Shown piece by piece: positions 10,442-20,610 of a DNA stretch of 55,486 bases. Source of the stretch: Thermoproteota archaeon (GTDB lineage: Archaea > Thermoproteota > EX4484-205 > JAAOZP01); assembly GCA_049700215.1 (NCBI GenBank), contig JBNAVT010000012.1:1-55486 (forward strand), written 5' to 3'. The position numbers were made by a program, and so were the translations under genes. The first letter of the stretch is position 1; each line of letters starts with the position of its first letter. The notes beneath the pieces were generated by a model. It did not search any database and was not told where the DNA came from. It saw only the letters and a program-made list of their open reading frames with translations.

Positions 10442-12724
10442 ATGAGAGTATGGCGGATACTCGCATCAGGATTAATCTGCCTCGTGCTTTTAACAAGCAT
10501 CGCTCCGCAATCCTTTAAGACTGTTGTTGCTCAGGAGGAGAAGTCTGTTTGGATCAGGCCCTTCGGCTATAATCCACCGCCTGTTGGACACTTCAACTAC
10601 TTCATCGGTGGTAACATAGGTGTTTTCGACTGGGTTCTTGAGCTTATGACCCACTATTTCGCTGCTAACGGCACCTATATTCCGTCTGTCGCTGAAAGCT
10701 GGCAGCTCGACCCAGACTACATGTGGTTCCAGGTTAAGCTGCGGAAAGGGGTTAAGTTCCACGACGGCCACGAGCTAACCTATAAGGATGTTCTGTCAAC
10801 ACTATACTGCGTTTATCTTCTCAAGGACAGGCTATGGTACTACATTAAGGACGTTCAGATCATCGACGACTATACTATCAAGTTCACGTTCAAGGAGAAG
10901 ACGGACTACCCAGTGTTCTACATACTGTGGCACTGGATGATAGTCTCCTACACCCAGTATGGGCAGATAGCGGACAAGGTTCAGCAGAGAATAAAGGAGG
11001 GCAAGGATATTTTCGCTAAGACGGAGGACTTCAAGGACTTGATTGACGAGCTGAGTCAGTATAGGCCTGAGACAGTAATAGGCTGCGGCCCATACAAGAT
11101 TAAGAGCGTCACTGAGACGATGATTGTTCTCGAAGCCTTCGACGGGTACTGGAACGGAAAGCCTCCGATAGACGAGATACGCTTGGTAAGGTATGCTACG
11201 GCAGACCTGCTTTGGGAAGCGTTGTTCAAGGCTGAGGCTCATTACGTTTGGGCTATCTCACCCAGCCCAGACTTAGTACGGAGACTATTAACGGAGAACC
11301 CGTATGCCTGGACCATCAGGATACCTAGGCCTGTAGGTGTAACGCTTTACATTAACAAGGCTAAGTACCCGTTGAGCCTAGTCGAAGTCAGGCGTGCACT
11401 CGCCTACGCGATAAACAGGAGCGAGGTAGGCTGGGTCCAGTATACTGGCGGATGCGTCCCGTCGGAGTACGTGATAGGCTTCCACGTGCCTGACTTGACG
11501 AGATACTTGAACCAGAGCTTCATAAACCAGTATCTGAAGGACTTTAAGTACGAGTATAATCCTGCTAAGGCTGAGCAGATTCTGCAGGGCCTAGGCTTTA
11601 AGAAGGGTGCTGACGGAGTATACGTCACGCCCAATGGGACGAGGCTTGAGTTCACACTCATCACCGGAGGAACATGGATCAACGCTCCCGCGGCGGAGAA
11701 CTTGAAGGCTCAGCTTGAGAAGGTCGGCATAAAGATAAACGTTCAGGTTGTTGACTCCGCGGTTTGGTCGGACGTGTTCTACAGGGGTGCTTACGACCTG
11801 ACTGGCGGTGTCTACGGCTCACCAGGATTCTCTTTCGACGAGTACTATCACAAGTATATGGCGCTCTACGCTGGCCACGACCCTGCGAAGAACTGGGGCC
11901 AGATGCACACAGTACCATGGAAGACTCAGCCCGTTAACGTTACGAAGCTAGCTAAAGACATAAACCTGTTCCCGGCTCAGATAAGCCAGGCGCAGCTGAC
12001 AGAGATATATTCAGAGTTATCATACATAACTGGGAACGAGGTTCCGGTCATAAACCTGTACCAGCCTGCAGTAGTAATCCTCATGGATAAGAGGTTCGTC
12101 TTCCCAACCGACCCAGGATACTGGAACGGTTTAGGCTCATACGAGCTCCACGGCCTGAGACCATTGTTCACGTTCGGCTGGCTTAAGCCTAAGGTTAATC
12201 TGACGGTTGAGAGCGTGGTGGGCGGAACGCTCAGCATCGCCCCTGGAAGGTATGAATACGGTAAGGGTGACACGGTCACTATAACTGCTACGCCTGCAAG
12301 CCGCTACAGGTTTGAGAGGTGGGAGGTCGACGGCTCTCCAGCCGGGACAAGCACCACGTTGACGATAACGATGGATAAGTCCCACAGGGTTAAGGCAGTA
12401 TTCAGCGCGATACTCTACAAGACGCTTACGGTGCTGCCCGTGGAGGGGGGGACTCTAAGCATAGCCCCCGGCTCCTACGAGTATGAAAAAGGCCAGACGG
12501 TCACTATAACTGCTACTCCTTCAAGCGGATACAACTTTGAGAGGTGGGAGGTCGACGGCTCTCCAGCCGGGACAAGCACCACGTTGACGATAACGATGGA
12601 TGCTGACCACACTGTTAAAGCAGTATTCACAAGGATACCGTACGAGATGTACATAGGCGTAGTCGTAGTCATAGCGGTAATAGCGGCTGTAGCCTACTTC
12701 CTCCTTAAGAGGAGAGGCAAGTAG
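10442..12724 (+). CDS. oppA: Family 5 ABC substrate-binding protein with two C-terminal InlB-B/bacterial-repeat-like domains and TM anchor
   Basis: Signal peptide, LRKGVKFHDG, GCGPYK, VRRALAYAINR and YNPAKAEQIL. Duplicated 75-aa YxKGxTVTITATP..Y.FERW units. C-terminal TM plus KRRGK. Confidence 0.9.
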   Translation: MRVWRILASGLICLVLLTSIAPQSFKTVVAQEEKSVWIRPFGYNPPPVGHFNYFIGGNIGVFDWVLELMTHYFAANGTYIPSVAESWQLDPDYMWFQVKLRKGVKFHDGHELTYKDVLSTLYCVYLLKDRLWYYIKDVQIIDDYTIKFTFKEKTDYPVFYILWHWMIVSYTQYGQIADKVQQRIKEGKDIFAKTEDFKDLIDELSQYRPETVIGCGPYKIKSVTETMIVLEAFDGYWNGKPPIDEIRLVRYATADLLWEALFKAEAHYVWAISPSPDLVRRLLTENPYAWTIRIPRPVGVTLYINKAKYPLSLVEVRRALAYAINRSEVGWVQYTGGCVPSEYVIGFHVPDLTRYLNQSFINQYLKDFKYEYNPAKAEQILQGLGFKKGADGVYVTPNGTRLEFTLITGGTWINAPAAENLKAQLEKVGIKINVQVVDSAVWSDVFYRGAYDLTGGVYGSPGFSFDEYYHKYMALYAGHDPAKNWGQMHTVPWKTQPVNVTKLAKDINLFPAQISQAQLTEIYSELSYITGNEVPVINLYQPAVVILMDKRFVFPTDPGYWNGLGSYELHGLRPLFTFGWLKPKVNLTVESVVGGTLSIAPGRYEYGKGDTVTITATPASRYRFERWEVDGSPAGTSTTLTITMDKSHRVKAVFSAILYKTLTVLPVEGGTLSIAPGSYEYEKGQTVTITATPSSGYNFERWEVDGSPAGTSTTLTITMDADHTVKAVFTRIPYEMYIGVVVVIAVIAAVAYFLLKRRGK
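12311..12601 (+). repeat. Intragenic direct repeat with 66 identical bp (12311-12376 and 12536-12601), 225-bp period
   Basis: TTTGAGAGGTGGGAGGTCGACGGCTCTCCAGCCGGGACAAGCACCACGTTGACGATAACGATGGAT occurs twice. Confidence 0.95.
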
Positions 12725-12744
12725 CTACCCCACGCATAGGAAAA

Positions 12745-12766
12745 CTTTTTCTACCCCTTTTTCTCC
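12745..12766 (+). terminator. Possible oligo-T archaeal terminator after the SBP gene
   Basis: Pyrimidine tract CTTTTTCTACCCCTTTTTTCTCC-like just after the oppA stop. Confidence 0.35.
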
Positions 12767-12779
12767 AGTCTTAGTCTAA

Positions 12780-13769
12780 ATGAGGTGGATAGTCCGGAAG
12801 GCTATTTTCTCTGTTGTCACACTATTCTGCGCCATAACGCTAACCTTCTTCCTGTACAGGGTTATTCCTGGGAATCCTGTGGATCTGATGCTCAACTACT
12901 ACATGTCGTTGGGTTATTCGTACGAGGAGGCTTTATCAAGGGTCTTAATGATGGTTCCCTTTGTCCCCACTGCTCCTCTCCACGAGCAGTATATAGATTT
13001 CCTGAAAGGGGTTTTAACTGGAGACCTTGGATACTCTTTCACCCTGGCTCAGCCTATCACGAGAATACTGGGCTACGCTATTCCTTGGACTGTTTTCTCG
13101 GTTTCGATATCGCTCGTGATAAGCTTCATGCTGGGCACCGTGATAGGAATGTACATTGCTTACAAGAGGGGTTCACTCGTCGACAGGGTGATGTCGTTCT
13201 ACGCTTCAATTACGACAGCCATGCCTCAAAACATCCTCGGCTTCTTCCTCATATGGGGTTTAGCGATACAATTAAGATGGTTCCCGAAGGAATTAGGCCC
13301 GTATGGTCCAACCGTCGACCCTTCCAAGTTTAATCTGGAGTTCATTCTCAGCGTGCTGCGCCACGCGGCTTTACCAATCCTCACATACGTTCTGACATCC
13401 ATAGGGTCTTGGACTCTGATGATGAAGAGCAGCACGATATCTGTTCTAGGGGAGTACTATGTGACTGCTGCTGAAGCACGGGGTTTGAAAGACAGGAGGA
13501 TAGTCACAACATACGTGGGGAGGAACGCGGTGCTTCCCTTATTCACCCGCTTCGCAATATCCTTGGGATTCATGTTCGGAGGCGCGCTTCTTATTGAAAA
13601 CCTTTTCCTCTACCCTGGCGTCGGCAGGTATCTTACAATCGGGATTCAAATGAGGGACTACCCTTTAGTAACAGGGTGCTTCCTCATAACTTCCATCGCT
13701 ACCGTACTGGGCAATCTTTTTGCCGACCTGCTTTACAGCAGGCTGGATCCAAGAATAAAATTTGAATAG
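12780..13769 (+). CDS. oppB: ABC transporter permease
   Basis: IPGNP, GDLGYS, EAA loop (YVTAAEARGL) and RLDPRI. Confidence 0.92.
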   Translation: MRWIVRKAIFSVVTLFCAITLTFFLYRVIPGNPVDLMLNYYMSLGYSYEEALSRVLMMVPFVPTAPLHEQYIDFLKGVLTGDLGYSFTLAQPITRILGYAIPWTVFSVSISLVISFMLGTVIGMYIAYKRGSLVDRVMSFYASITTAMPQNILGFFLIWGLAIQLRWFPKELGPYGPTVDPSKFNLEFILSVLRHAALPILTYVLTSIGSWTLMMKSSTISVLGEYYVTAAEARGLKDRRIVTTYVGRNAVLPLFTRFAISLGFMFGGALLIENLFLYPGVGRYLTIGIQMRDYPLVTGCFLITSIATVLGNLFADLLYSRLDPRIKFE

Positions 13770-13781
13770 TGGTGGGGAGAC

Positions 13782-14669
13782 TTGATTAGTAGGAAATCAG
13801 GGCTGTTTAAACGGTTGTCATACATTTTTAAAGTGTTCGGGAGGAAGCCTACAGCCATGGCGGGCCTGATAATAGTGGTTTTCTTCACGCTCATGGCGCT
13901 CATCGGGCCGTTCTTCTTCCCGCTCGACATCAGGGCTTATCCTGCGAAAAGGTATCTCCCCCCATCTTGGGAGCATCCTCTGGGAACAGACCCCTACGGC
14001 AGGGATGTGCTGATGCAGATAATCAACGGCTCCCGTGATGCTTTGCTAATCGCCGCGTTAACTGGCCTAGTGACCATATTCATCGCGACCGTAGTCGGGG
14101 TCTCATCCGGCATAATCGGGGGTCTATTTGACGAGGTTTTGATGAGGATTACTGAAACATTCCTGCTGCTTCCGCAGTACCCGCTTCTACTGTTGATAGC
14201 GGCAATCCTCCCAGCAGGCAGGGAGCTAACCCTGTTTGAAGTCTCGCTCATAATAGGAATTGTCCAGTGGCCGGCTACTGCTAGAGCCATCAGGTCTCAA
14301 GTGCTGGCTATCAGAGAGAAGCCGTTCATAGAGGCGGCGAGGTGCCTAAACCTGGGTAATCTCCACGTAATATTCAGAGAGATAATCCCAAACCTGATGC
14401 CGTACTTAGTGATGAACTTCTTCCTAGCGCTCACCGGCGGCATCTATTCCCAGGTGATACTGTTCTCACTGGGCATTCTCAGGTTCACCTCCGTAAACTG
14501 GGGTGTGATGATAAACATCGCGATGGGTGAGAGCGCGCTGATCAACCCGAAAGCATGGATATACCTCTTCTCTCCAATCGCATGCATAGTTCTGCTTCAG
14601 ACTGGTCTGGTCCTAATATCGTCAGCCCTGGAAGAGGTGTTTAACCCGAGGCTTAGGACAGAAGAGTAG
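13782..14669 (+). CDS. oppC: ABC transporter permease
   Basis: PPSWEHPLGTD.YGRD, FIEAARCL and FNPRLR. Confidence 0.92.
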   Translation: MISRKSGLFKRLSYIFKVFGRKPTAMAGLIIVVFFTLMALIGPFFFPLDIRAYPAKRYLPPSWEHPLGTDPYGRDVLMQIINGSRDALLIAALTGLVTIFIATVVGVSSGIIGGLFDEVLMRITETFLLLPQYPLLLLIAAILPAGRELTLFEVSLIIGIVQWPATARAIRSQVLAIREKPFIEAARCLNLGNLHVIFREIIPNLMPYLVMNFFLALTGGIYSQVILFSLGILRFTSVNWGVMINIAMGESALINPKAWIYLFSPIACIVLLQTGLVLISSALEEVFNPRLRTEE

Positions 14670-14688
14670 TGAAACCGTTTTACAACGC

Positions 14689-17364
14689 TTATCCGCCGGC
14701 TGTCTTTCCACTCTGCTTTAAAAGCAGCGTTATTATTTCCCGGGGCTCAACCTTCAACCAGATTTTATTCTCAATATTCTCAGCCCTCATTACCGGCTGC
14801 TCGTTGAGGTCTGTCTTCCAAGCCTCCGAGAATTGGAATGATGTTTCAACACTGCCGGTTAAAGTTTCACCGCTTATATTGTAAAACCTTATTATTAGCC
14901 CTTCCCCGTCCTCCCACTGTTTGACCGCGCTAACAATGAGGTTTTCAGGCTCAACTCTCAGGAAGCTCATGCTGCTAGGCAGTTTCCCCTTAGGGTTTAA
15001 CACGGGGATGCTGAGAGGCGGGTATGCGAATCCCCTGGCCCGCAAGTATGTTTTCGAATCAAGCCAGTCATCCTCGTGAAGTATTACGGAGTATTCGAAA
15101 ACCATCTTCCTCAGACACTGGGCTCCGGGCGTTGGTAAACCCGGCCCAGCGGGCCCCCTCCTTGTAGAGAGGTCGCTTCTTGAGAGAGCGCCCACAGCCC
15201 TAAGGAGCGTAAGGTATATTAAAACACCCTTCGGGCTCTTCCTAACCTCGTATTCCGGAATTCCCCTGTTAGCCACCGTGAAGCCCTTTGAGCCATCGTT
15301 GACATCAACCCAGGTGAGCTGGGGGTGGGTTGTCGGCGGGTTCTCAACCCAGTTGTCTCCCTTGCAGGCTGGTTCAACAGGTCTCTCGATAACCTGGTAG
15401 TGATAGTCAGCGTAAGACTTTTCAGCTGCTACGTCTGTTTGAAAAACCACTCTAAGCCTATGGTCCATCGCCCTGTTGTCAACCTCAGTCTTAAAGTCAA
15501 TCCTCCTTGAGCCCGGCATTATTGAAACCTGTGTCAAAACAGGCACCTCAACTTCTTCAACGCTTCTCCGCTGACCCTCCGAGCGGGCAGGTGTTCTCAC
15601 CTTCAGGCTGATATTCATTAGAGCCCTCGTTCCAAGGTTGTGCGTCTCAACCCTAGCCGGGTTCCTCATGCTTGAAGTAACCGGATTATGCTCCGCGGGG
15701 GGTGAGAAATTATACTCGTCTCCAGCATCACCCTCGTCAACGAAAAAGTTAACACCCTCTAGAATCCTGCCCGTATACTTCTCCACGATCCTCAACACGC
15801 CTCCTTTCTCAGGATCGGCTTCAACCCTTATAAGAGAGTTTTCAACATGAAAATCCCCTGTTCTAAGCTCCTCGCACGCCGGCGGCTCACCCTTGACCAA
15901 GGAGTAAACCCTGTAGCCCAAGGGTGGAAGATTCGCGATGAACTCGATTCTACACGCGTCCCCCCATACAGCCGCTTCCTGAGGCGGCTCAGACACGCGT
16001 GTCGCAACCTCGGCATTCCCGTCGTGAACCACATACTTGTCTAAGGGTAGTGGCACAACCGCTGAGACGAGTTCAGTCCTCTGCCAGTTTAGCGTGTTGA
16101 AGACAACAATTTCGGCAAGCGAGTCAACCCTGGGCCTTGAAACCAGCCTCGCCACTGCTGACGCTGCTTGAAGCACGATGCTTGAAGCCCCCTCTATGAC
16201 GCTGACGAATCTAGCCTCGTTCTCGTCGTGAACATGATCCACCCCGCTGCCGTAAATACTGTCGTGCGCATGGTTCAACAACAGGCTCTTCCAAAGCCTT
16301 GTTAGGAGCCCACTGGGGTATGCTGCTCCCGCAAAGATTTTAGCGAACATGGATAATGGTTCAGCGTACAGCTCCAGCTCGGCCTGAGCCCTGAAGTTCA
16401 GCTGCTTAAGATAAACGCGTGTCGAGTATACGCCTGCAAGCGTGGGGAAGAAGCGTGCACTCCTGAGCTCCCCCTCAAACACCTGTAGGCTTGACACATG
16501 CCTCCTGACCTCTTCTAAATAGCTTTCAATGTCTGAATGCTCAGCAAAAATATTATTCTTCTCCACTTCGTTCAGAAACCTTATTATCCTGGTTATGCTT
16601 GATTGCGGCGGCATGTGGTCACACCCGTTCATAAGCAGGATGCTGTCGCACACGCTTAGCGGCTTCAACCTGTTTACAATGCTGACAACCCTTCTCCTAG
16701 CGGCTTCGAAATCGGGCTCAGGCTCCTCCTCGTAAACCCTCTGCTGAATAGTTCCCCAGCCGAGTGGAGACTGCCAGTAGTAAGCGTCCCACGGCCTGGA
16801 GATGCCCAGCATGTTTGCGTTGCAATAACCCGTTAAAAGGTGGATTGCAATAACCTTGCTACCATCCGGCCCCCTGTAGAGAAACTGAGTCTTAAGCCTC
16901 TCCCCCTCGTCCCCCATCCCTCTTGTGAAGACGAAGCTGTCTATTCCGAAGCCGCGGAGTATCTGGGGGATCTGCGGAATGTGGCAGAAGGTGTCTGGAA
17001 GATACCCTACTTTCATAAGGCCTCCGAAGCTTAGAGACAGCCTACACCCTATCAGGAGGTTCCTAACCAGGGCCTCGGGGCTGACAAGGGCCTCGTCAGG
17101 CTGGGTGAACCATGGCCCTATTTTCAGCCTTCCCGAGGAGACTAGACTCCTGATCCTCTGCTCATCCTCAGGCTTGGCCTCCAAATAGTCTTCGAGAACG
17201 CTGGCTTGGCCGTCCAGCATAAAGCTTTTAAACAGCGGGTCTTCGTCAAGAATTTTCAGAACCTTCTCAACGACCCTCATTAGCCTAACTCTGTATTCTT
17301 GGAAAGACAAGTACCATTCACGGTCCCAATGCGTGTGTGAAACCACGTGGACCCTAGTAGGCAT
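14689..17364 (-). CDS. GH38 alpha-mannosidase / mannosylglycerate hydrolase-like protein
   Basis: VSHTHWDREWY, LDGQ, GYLPDTF.H nucleophile region, MNG.DH, HDSI.G and D.GDEYN. Confidence 0.9.
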   Translation of the reverse strand: MPTRVHVVSHTHWDREWYLSFQEYRVRLMRVVEKVLKILDEDPLFKSFMLDGQASVLEDYLEAKPEDEQRIRSLVSSGRLKIGPWFTQPDEALVSPEALVRNLLIGCRLSLSFGGLMKVGYLPDTFCHIPQIPQILRGFGIDSFVFTRGMGDEGERLKTQFLYRGPDGSKVIAIHLLTGYCNANMLGISRPWDAYYWQSPLGWGTIQQRVYEEEPEPDFEAARRRVVSIVNRLKPLSVCDSILLMNGCDHMPPQSSITRIIRFLNEVEKNNIFAEHSDIESYLEEVRRHVSSLQVFEGELRSARFFPTLAGVYSTRVYLKQLNFRAQAELELYAEPLSMFAKIFAGAAYPSGLLTRLWKSLLLNHAHDSIYGSGVDHVHDENEARFVSVIEGASSIVLQAASAVARLVSRPRVDSLAEIVVFNTLNWQRTELVSAVVPLPLDKYVVHDGNAEVATRVSEPPQEAAVWGDACRIEFIANLPPLGYRVYSLVKGEPPACEELRTGDFHVENSLIRVEADPEKGGVLRIVEKYTGRILEGVNFFVDEGDAGDEYNFSPPAEHNPVTSSMRNPARVETHNLGTRALMNISLKVRTPARSEGQRRSVEEVEVPVLTQVSIMPGSRRIDFKTEVDNRAMDHRLRVVFQTDVAAEKSYADYHYQVIERPVEPACKGDNWVENPPTTHPQLTWVDVNDGSKGFTVANRGIPEYEVRKSPKGVLIYLTLLRAVGALSRSDLSTRRGPAGPGLPTPGAQCLRKMVFEYSVILHEDDWLDSKTYLRARGFAYPPLSIPVLNPKGKLPSSMSFLRVEPENLIVSAVKQWEDGEGLIIRFYNISGETLTGSVETSFQFSEAWKTDLNEQPVMRAENIENKIWLKVEPREIITLLLKQSGKTAGG

Positions 17365-17438
17365 TTCGCCTAATACCTGTCTTCCCTGTTATAAAAAGGT
17401 AGTCTCGAACCCGGTTTAGCTTAAGAATTGCCGTGTTG

Positions 17439-19319
17439 CTACTTGGGATCGTCGAGCCTAGGTGTCGACCTTATCCAGACGCTCATGGGGCCTGGTTCAC
17501 GATTCGCCCAAGCATAGTAAGGTATCGCTAAGAATCCTGTTTTACGAGTCTTAGCCGAGTTTAAGGCCCGGTATAGGGAGTCTTGCCCCCAGTCTGAGTC
17601 CACCACGTATCCTTCTCCCCTGATCACCACGACTCCGTCAAGCAGGCTGGGGGCCCATTCTGCTTGAAGCACCGCGTCCTCAGGTATTAAAAGATCCCAA
17701 ACGTCGAAACCAGTGTTGTCAACGCTCTCTAAACAGTATACTAGCGGCCCCCTGGTCAAAGCCATTCTCCCAAGGTTCTCGTAGACCAGCGGGTTGCAGG
17801 ATGTTTTTCTAACATCCATTTGAAAGGACAATTCTATCCTGTCACAGTCACTCCAGCTTCTGCTAAGCTTAAAGTAGGATCCCGGCTTGATTTCTTCACT
17901 AATCTTCAACCCGTTTAGGCTTGCCTCTGTATCCCCGCTCCAACCCGGTATGCGGAGATACATGGAGAAATCCAGCTCATGCTCCGGGCTTAAAGCTATT
18001 TCAACCCTCCCATCCCAAGGGTAATTAGTTTTTTGAACCATCTTCACAATATTGTCTCTAAACCTGAGGCTCGCAACATTCTCATCATACATGTTCACCC
18101 AGATCCCGTCTTCAGAAACACTGTAGAAGTAGCCGGGGAGACTGGCTATGAGCCTAGCCACGTTCGGCGGGCAGCAGGCGCATTCAAACCATTTCCTCCG
18201 CCTGTGTTTACCACGGTCTGCAAGCGGGTTCACGTAGAAGTATTCATTTCCGTCGAGTGAAATACCTGCTAGCACACCGTTGTAAAGAGCCAGCTCCATA
18301 ACGTCGACAAACTTAGCGTCCCCGCTTGCGAGAAACATTCTCCAGTTCCACATGAAGTTTGCTATTGCAGCACAGGTCTCAGCGTACGCTTGAGCATTCG
18401 GCAGCTCATAGTTGAATCCGAATGCCTCCCCATCGTAACGCGAACCAACGCCGCCAGTAACGTACATTTTACACTTCACCATGTTGTTCCAGAGCCGTTC
18501 TAAAACACTCCAGACCTCCTTGTCCCCTGTCTCCATGTAAAGGTCCGTAGCCCCACAGTTCAGGTACAGCGACCTGACGGCATGCCCAACGATCTCGTAA
18601 AGCTCCTTGAACGGCTTATGGTCTATCCGGTTGACGTCGCCACCCGCTATCCCCCTTCCACGGTTATCTATGAATTTTTTAGCCATGCTCAAGTATCTGG
18701 GGTCACCCGTCTCTCTGTAGAGTTCAACCATCGCCATCTCTATCTCAGGGTGTCCCGGTGCCCCCGGCTTCCCGTCTGGGCCGAAGACTCTCAGTATGTG
18801 GTTTGCGAAACGCACGGCAGCGTTGAAAAGCTTCTGGTCTCCCGTGGCTCTGCGAAGAGCAATAGCGGCCTGAATCAAGTGTCCAGCGCAATATAGTTCA
18901 TGCATAACGGCGAGGTTCGACCAGCGTTTAGCCTTGTTCTCAAACGTGAAGAAAGTATTCAGATAGCCATCCTCGTCTTGAGCCGCACATATATCGTCAA
19001 CAACTTTCTCAACCAGGCTGTGAAGCGTCTCGTCAAACCGGGATGCGAGAAGGAACCCGGCAGCCTCGACCCACTTGTAAACGTCTGAATCGTTGAAGAA
19101 AAAGCCTTGGAAATCACCCTTCTCCCTGCCAGCTGCTCTTCGAAAATTGTAAACCCGCCCAGTGTTTTCAAGAAGCTCATACTGGGATGGAATCGTCACC
19201 TCTCTAATCTTCTTCAAACGTTTAGCCCAGAAACCGTCCTTCAGCTCAACCTCTCCCACAGGGACTGGACGCAGCTTAGCGTAAGGACTGTTCGAAGTAT
19301 CCACCACGCTAGTAGGCAA
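17439..19319 (-). CDS. GH127 beta-L-arabinofuranosidase family protein
   Basis: DSDVYKWVEA, HELYCAGH, GHPEIE, GHAVR, YAETCA and CACCPPN Zn-Cys motif. No signal peptide. Confidence 0.92.
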   Translation of the reverse strand: MPTSVVDTSNSPYAKLRPVPVGEVELKDGFWAKRLKKIREVTIPSQYELLENTGRVYNFRRAAGREKGDFQGFFFNDSDVYKWVEAAGFLLASRFDETLHSLVEKVVDDICAAQDEDGYLNTFFTFENKAKRWSNLAVMHELYCAGHLIQAAIALRRATGDQKLFNAAVRFANHILRVFGPDGKPGAPGHPEIEMAMVELYRETGDPRYLSMAKKFIDNRGRGIAGGDVNRIDHKPFKELYEIVGHAVRSLYLNCGATDLYMETGDKEVWSVLERLWNNMVKCKMYVTGGVGSRYDGEAFGFNYELPNAQAYAETCAAIANFMWNWRMFLASGDAKFVDVMELALYNGVLAGISLDGNEYFYVNPLADRGKHRRRKWFECACCPPNVARLIASLPGYFYSVSEDGIWVNMYDENVASLRFRDNIVKMVQKTNYPWDGRVEIALSPEHELDFSMYLRIPGWSGDTEASLNGLKISEEIKPGSYFKLSRSWSDCDRIELSFQMDVRKTSCNPLVYENLGRMALTRGPLVYCLESVDNTGFDVWDLLIPEDAVLQAEWAPSLLDGVVVIRGEGYVVDSDWGQDSLYRALNSAKTRKTGFLAIPYYAWANREPGPMSVWIRSTPRLDDPK

Positions 19320-19447
19320 GACTCTTTCAAAGAAGCTTCAAAGTTTTAAAAACCTTCCGTTCTACTTAAGCGTGGAACCCTGATGCTAGCCTGCTTCCCT
19401 TGGGGGCGCACTGTTTATATGCTTCGAGACAAGGGGAAACTAGGCAG

Positions 19448-20503
19448 ATGGCTTGTAATAAGGCTGGACGTAGTATTCCGGGTCTTATAGAAAGCGAGGC
19501 GGAGCTTGAAGAAATCCTAACCCGGCCGACGCCTGAGACCGTGAAGGCTGTTTCACAGGTTGACGGAGACATTCTGGTTCTAGGGGTCTCCGGTAAAATC
19601 GGCCCGACGCTCGCGAGGCTTGTGAAGAGGGCTGTTGGCGAGGGTGGTTTAGCCAAGAGGGTTATCGGGGCATCGAGGTTTTCAACCCCCGGCTTAAGGG
19701 AGGGGCTGGAGAAGGCTGGGGTGGAGACAGTTTCATGCGACCTTTTGGAGGAAGAATGCTTGGAGAGGCTTCCAGAGGCTTCTAACGTGGTATACATGGT
19801 TGGCAGGAAGTTCGGCACTGGGGAGGATAGTTCACTAACCTGGGCTGTAAACACGCTGGTCTCAGCGATGGTTGCGAGAAGGTTCAGGTCTTCCAGGATA
19901 GTGGTGTTTTCAACGGGAAACGTTTATCCGCTTGTCCCCGTCTCCTCCTGCGGCGCGGATGAGTCGACTCCCCCGGACCCCGTTGGGGAGTATGCTCAAT
20001 CCTGCTTAGGGCGTGAGAGAATTTTTGAACACTTCTCTAAGAAATACGGTTTGAAAACTCTGTTCCTAAGGTTGAATTATGCGGTAGAGCTTAGGTACGG
20101 CGTTTTACTGGACATAGCTCAGAAAGTTTTTGAAGGCCATCCTATCGACTTGAGAATGGGTTATGTCAACGTTATATGGCAGGGGGATGTTAACAATATT
20201 GCTGTCCGCTCCCTGCAACTCTGCAAGTCTCCTCCCGAGGTGATTAACGTTACTGGTCCCGAAATTGTTTCAGTAAGATGGTTGGCGGAGCAGTTCGGAG
20301 CCATATTTCGGAAGGAGCCTGTTTTCAGGAACAAGGAGATGGAGAAAGCCTTGTTAAGCAATGCTTCAAAATGCTTCAGGCTATTCGGCTGTCCAACAGT
20401 CACGATAGGACAGATGATAAGATGGGTTGCCCACTGGGTTATGATAGGAGGCCGCACGTTCAACAAGCCTACTCACTTCGAGGTTGCCGACGGAAAATTC
20501 TAA
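19448..20503 (+). CDS. NAD-dependent epimerase/dehydratase family protein
   Basis: LGVSGKIG, FSTGNVY, GEYAQSCLGRE and RLNYA. ATG 19448 is preferred to TTG 19400. Confidence 0.82.
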   Translation: MACNKAGRSIPGLIESEAELEEILTRPTPETVKAVSQVDGDILVLGVSGKIGPTLARLVKRAVGEGGLAKRVIGASRFSTPGLREGLEKAGVETVSCDLLEEECLERLPEASNVVYMVGRKFGTGEDSSLTWAVNTLVSAMVARRFRSSRIVVFSTGNVYPLVPVSSCGADESTPPDPVGEYAQSCLGRERIFEHFSKKYGLKTLFLRLNYAVELRYGVLLDIAQKVFEGHPIDLRMGYVNVIWQGDVNNIAVRSLQLCKSPPEVINVTGPEIVSVRWLAEQFGAIFRKEPVFRNKEMEKALLSNASKCFRLFGCPTVTIGQMIRWVAHWVMIGGRTFNKPTHFEVADGKF

Positions 20504-20610
20504 GCATCTTAAAAAGATGTCAATTACCATCAAGGATCTATAATTCACCATTCATATGTGTCAAAGCTGTTTGAAAACGCTTAAAAGAAAGCCTGCACGC
20601 TTTTTTTCGG

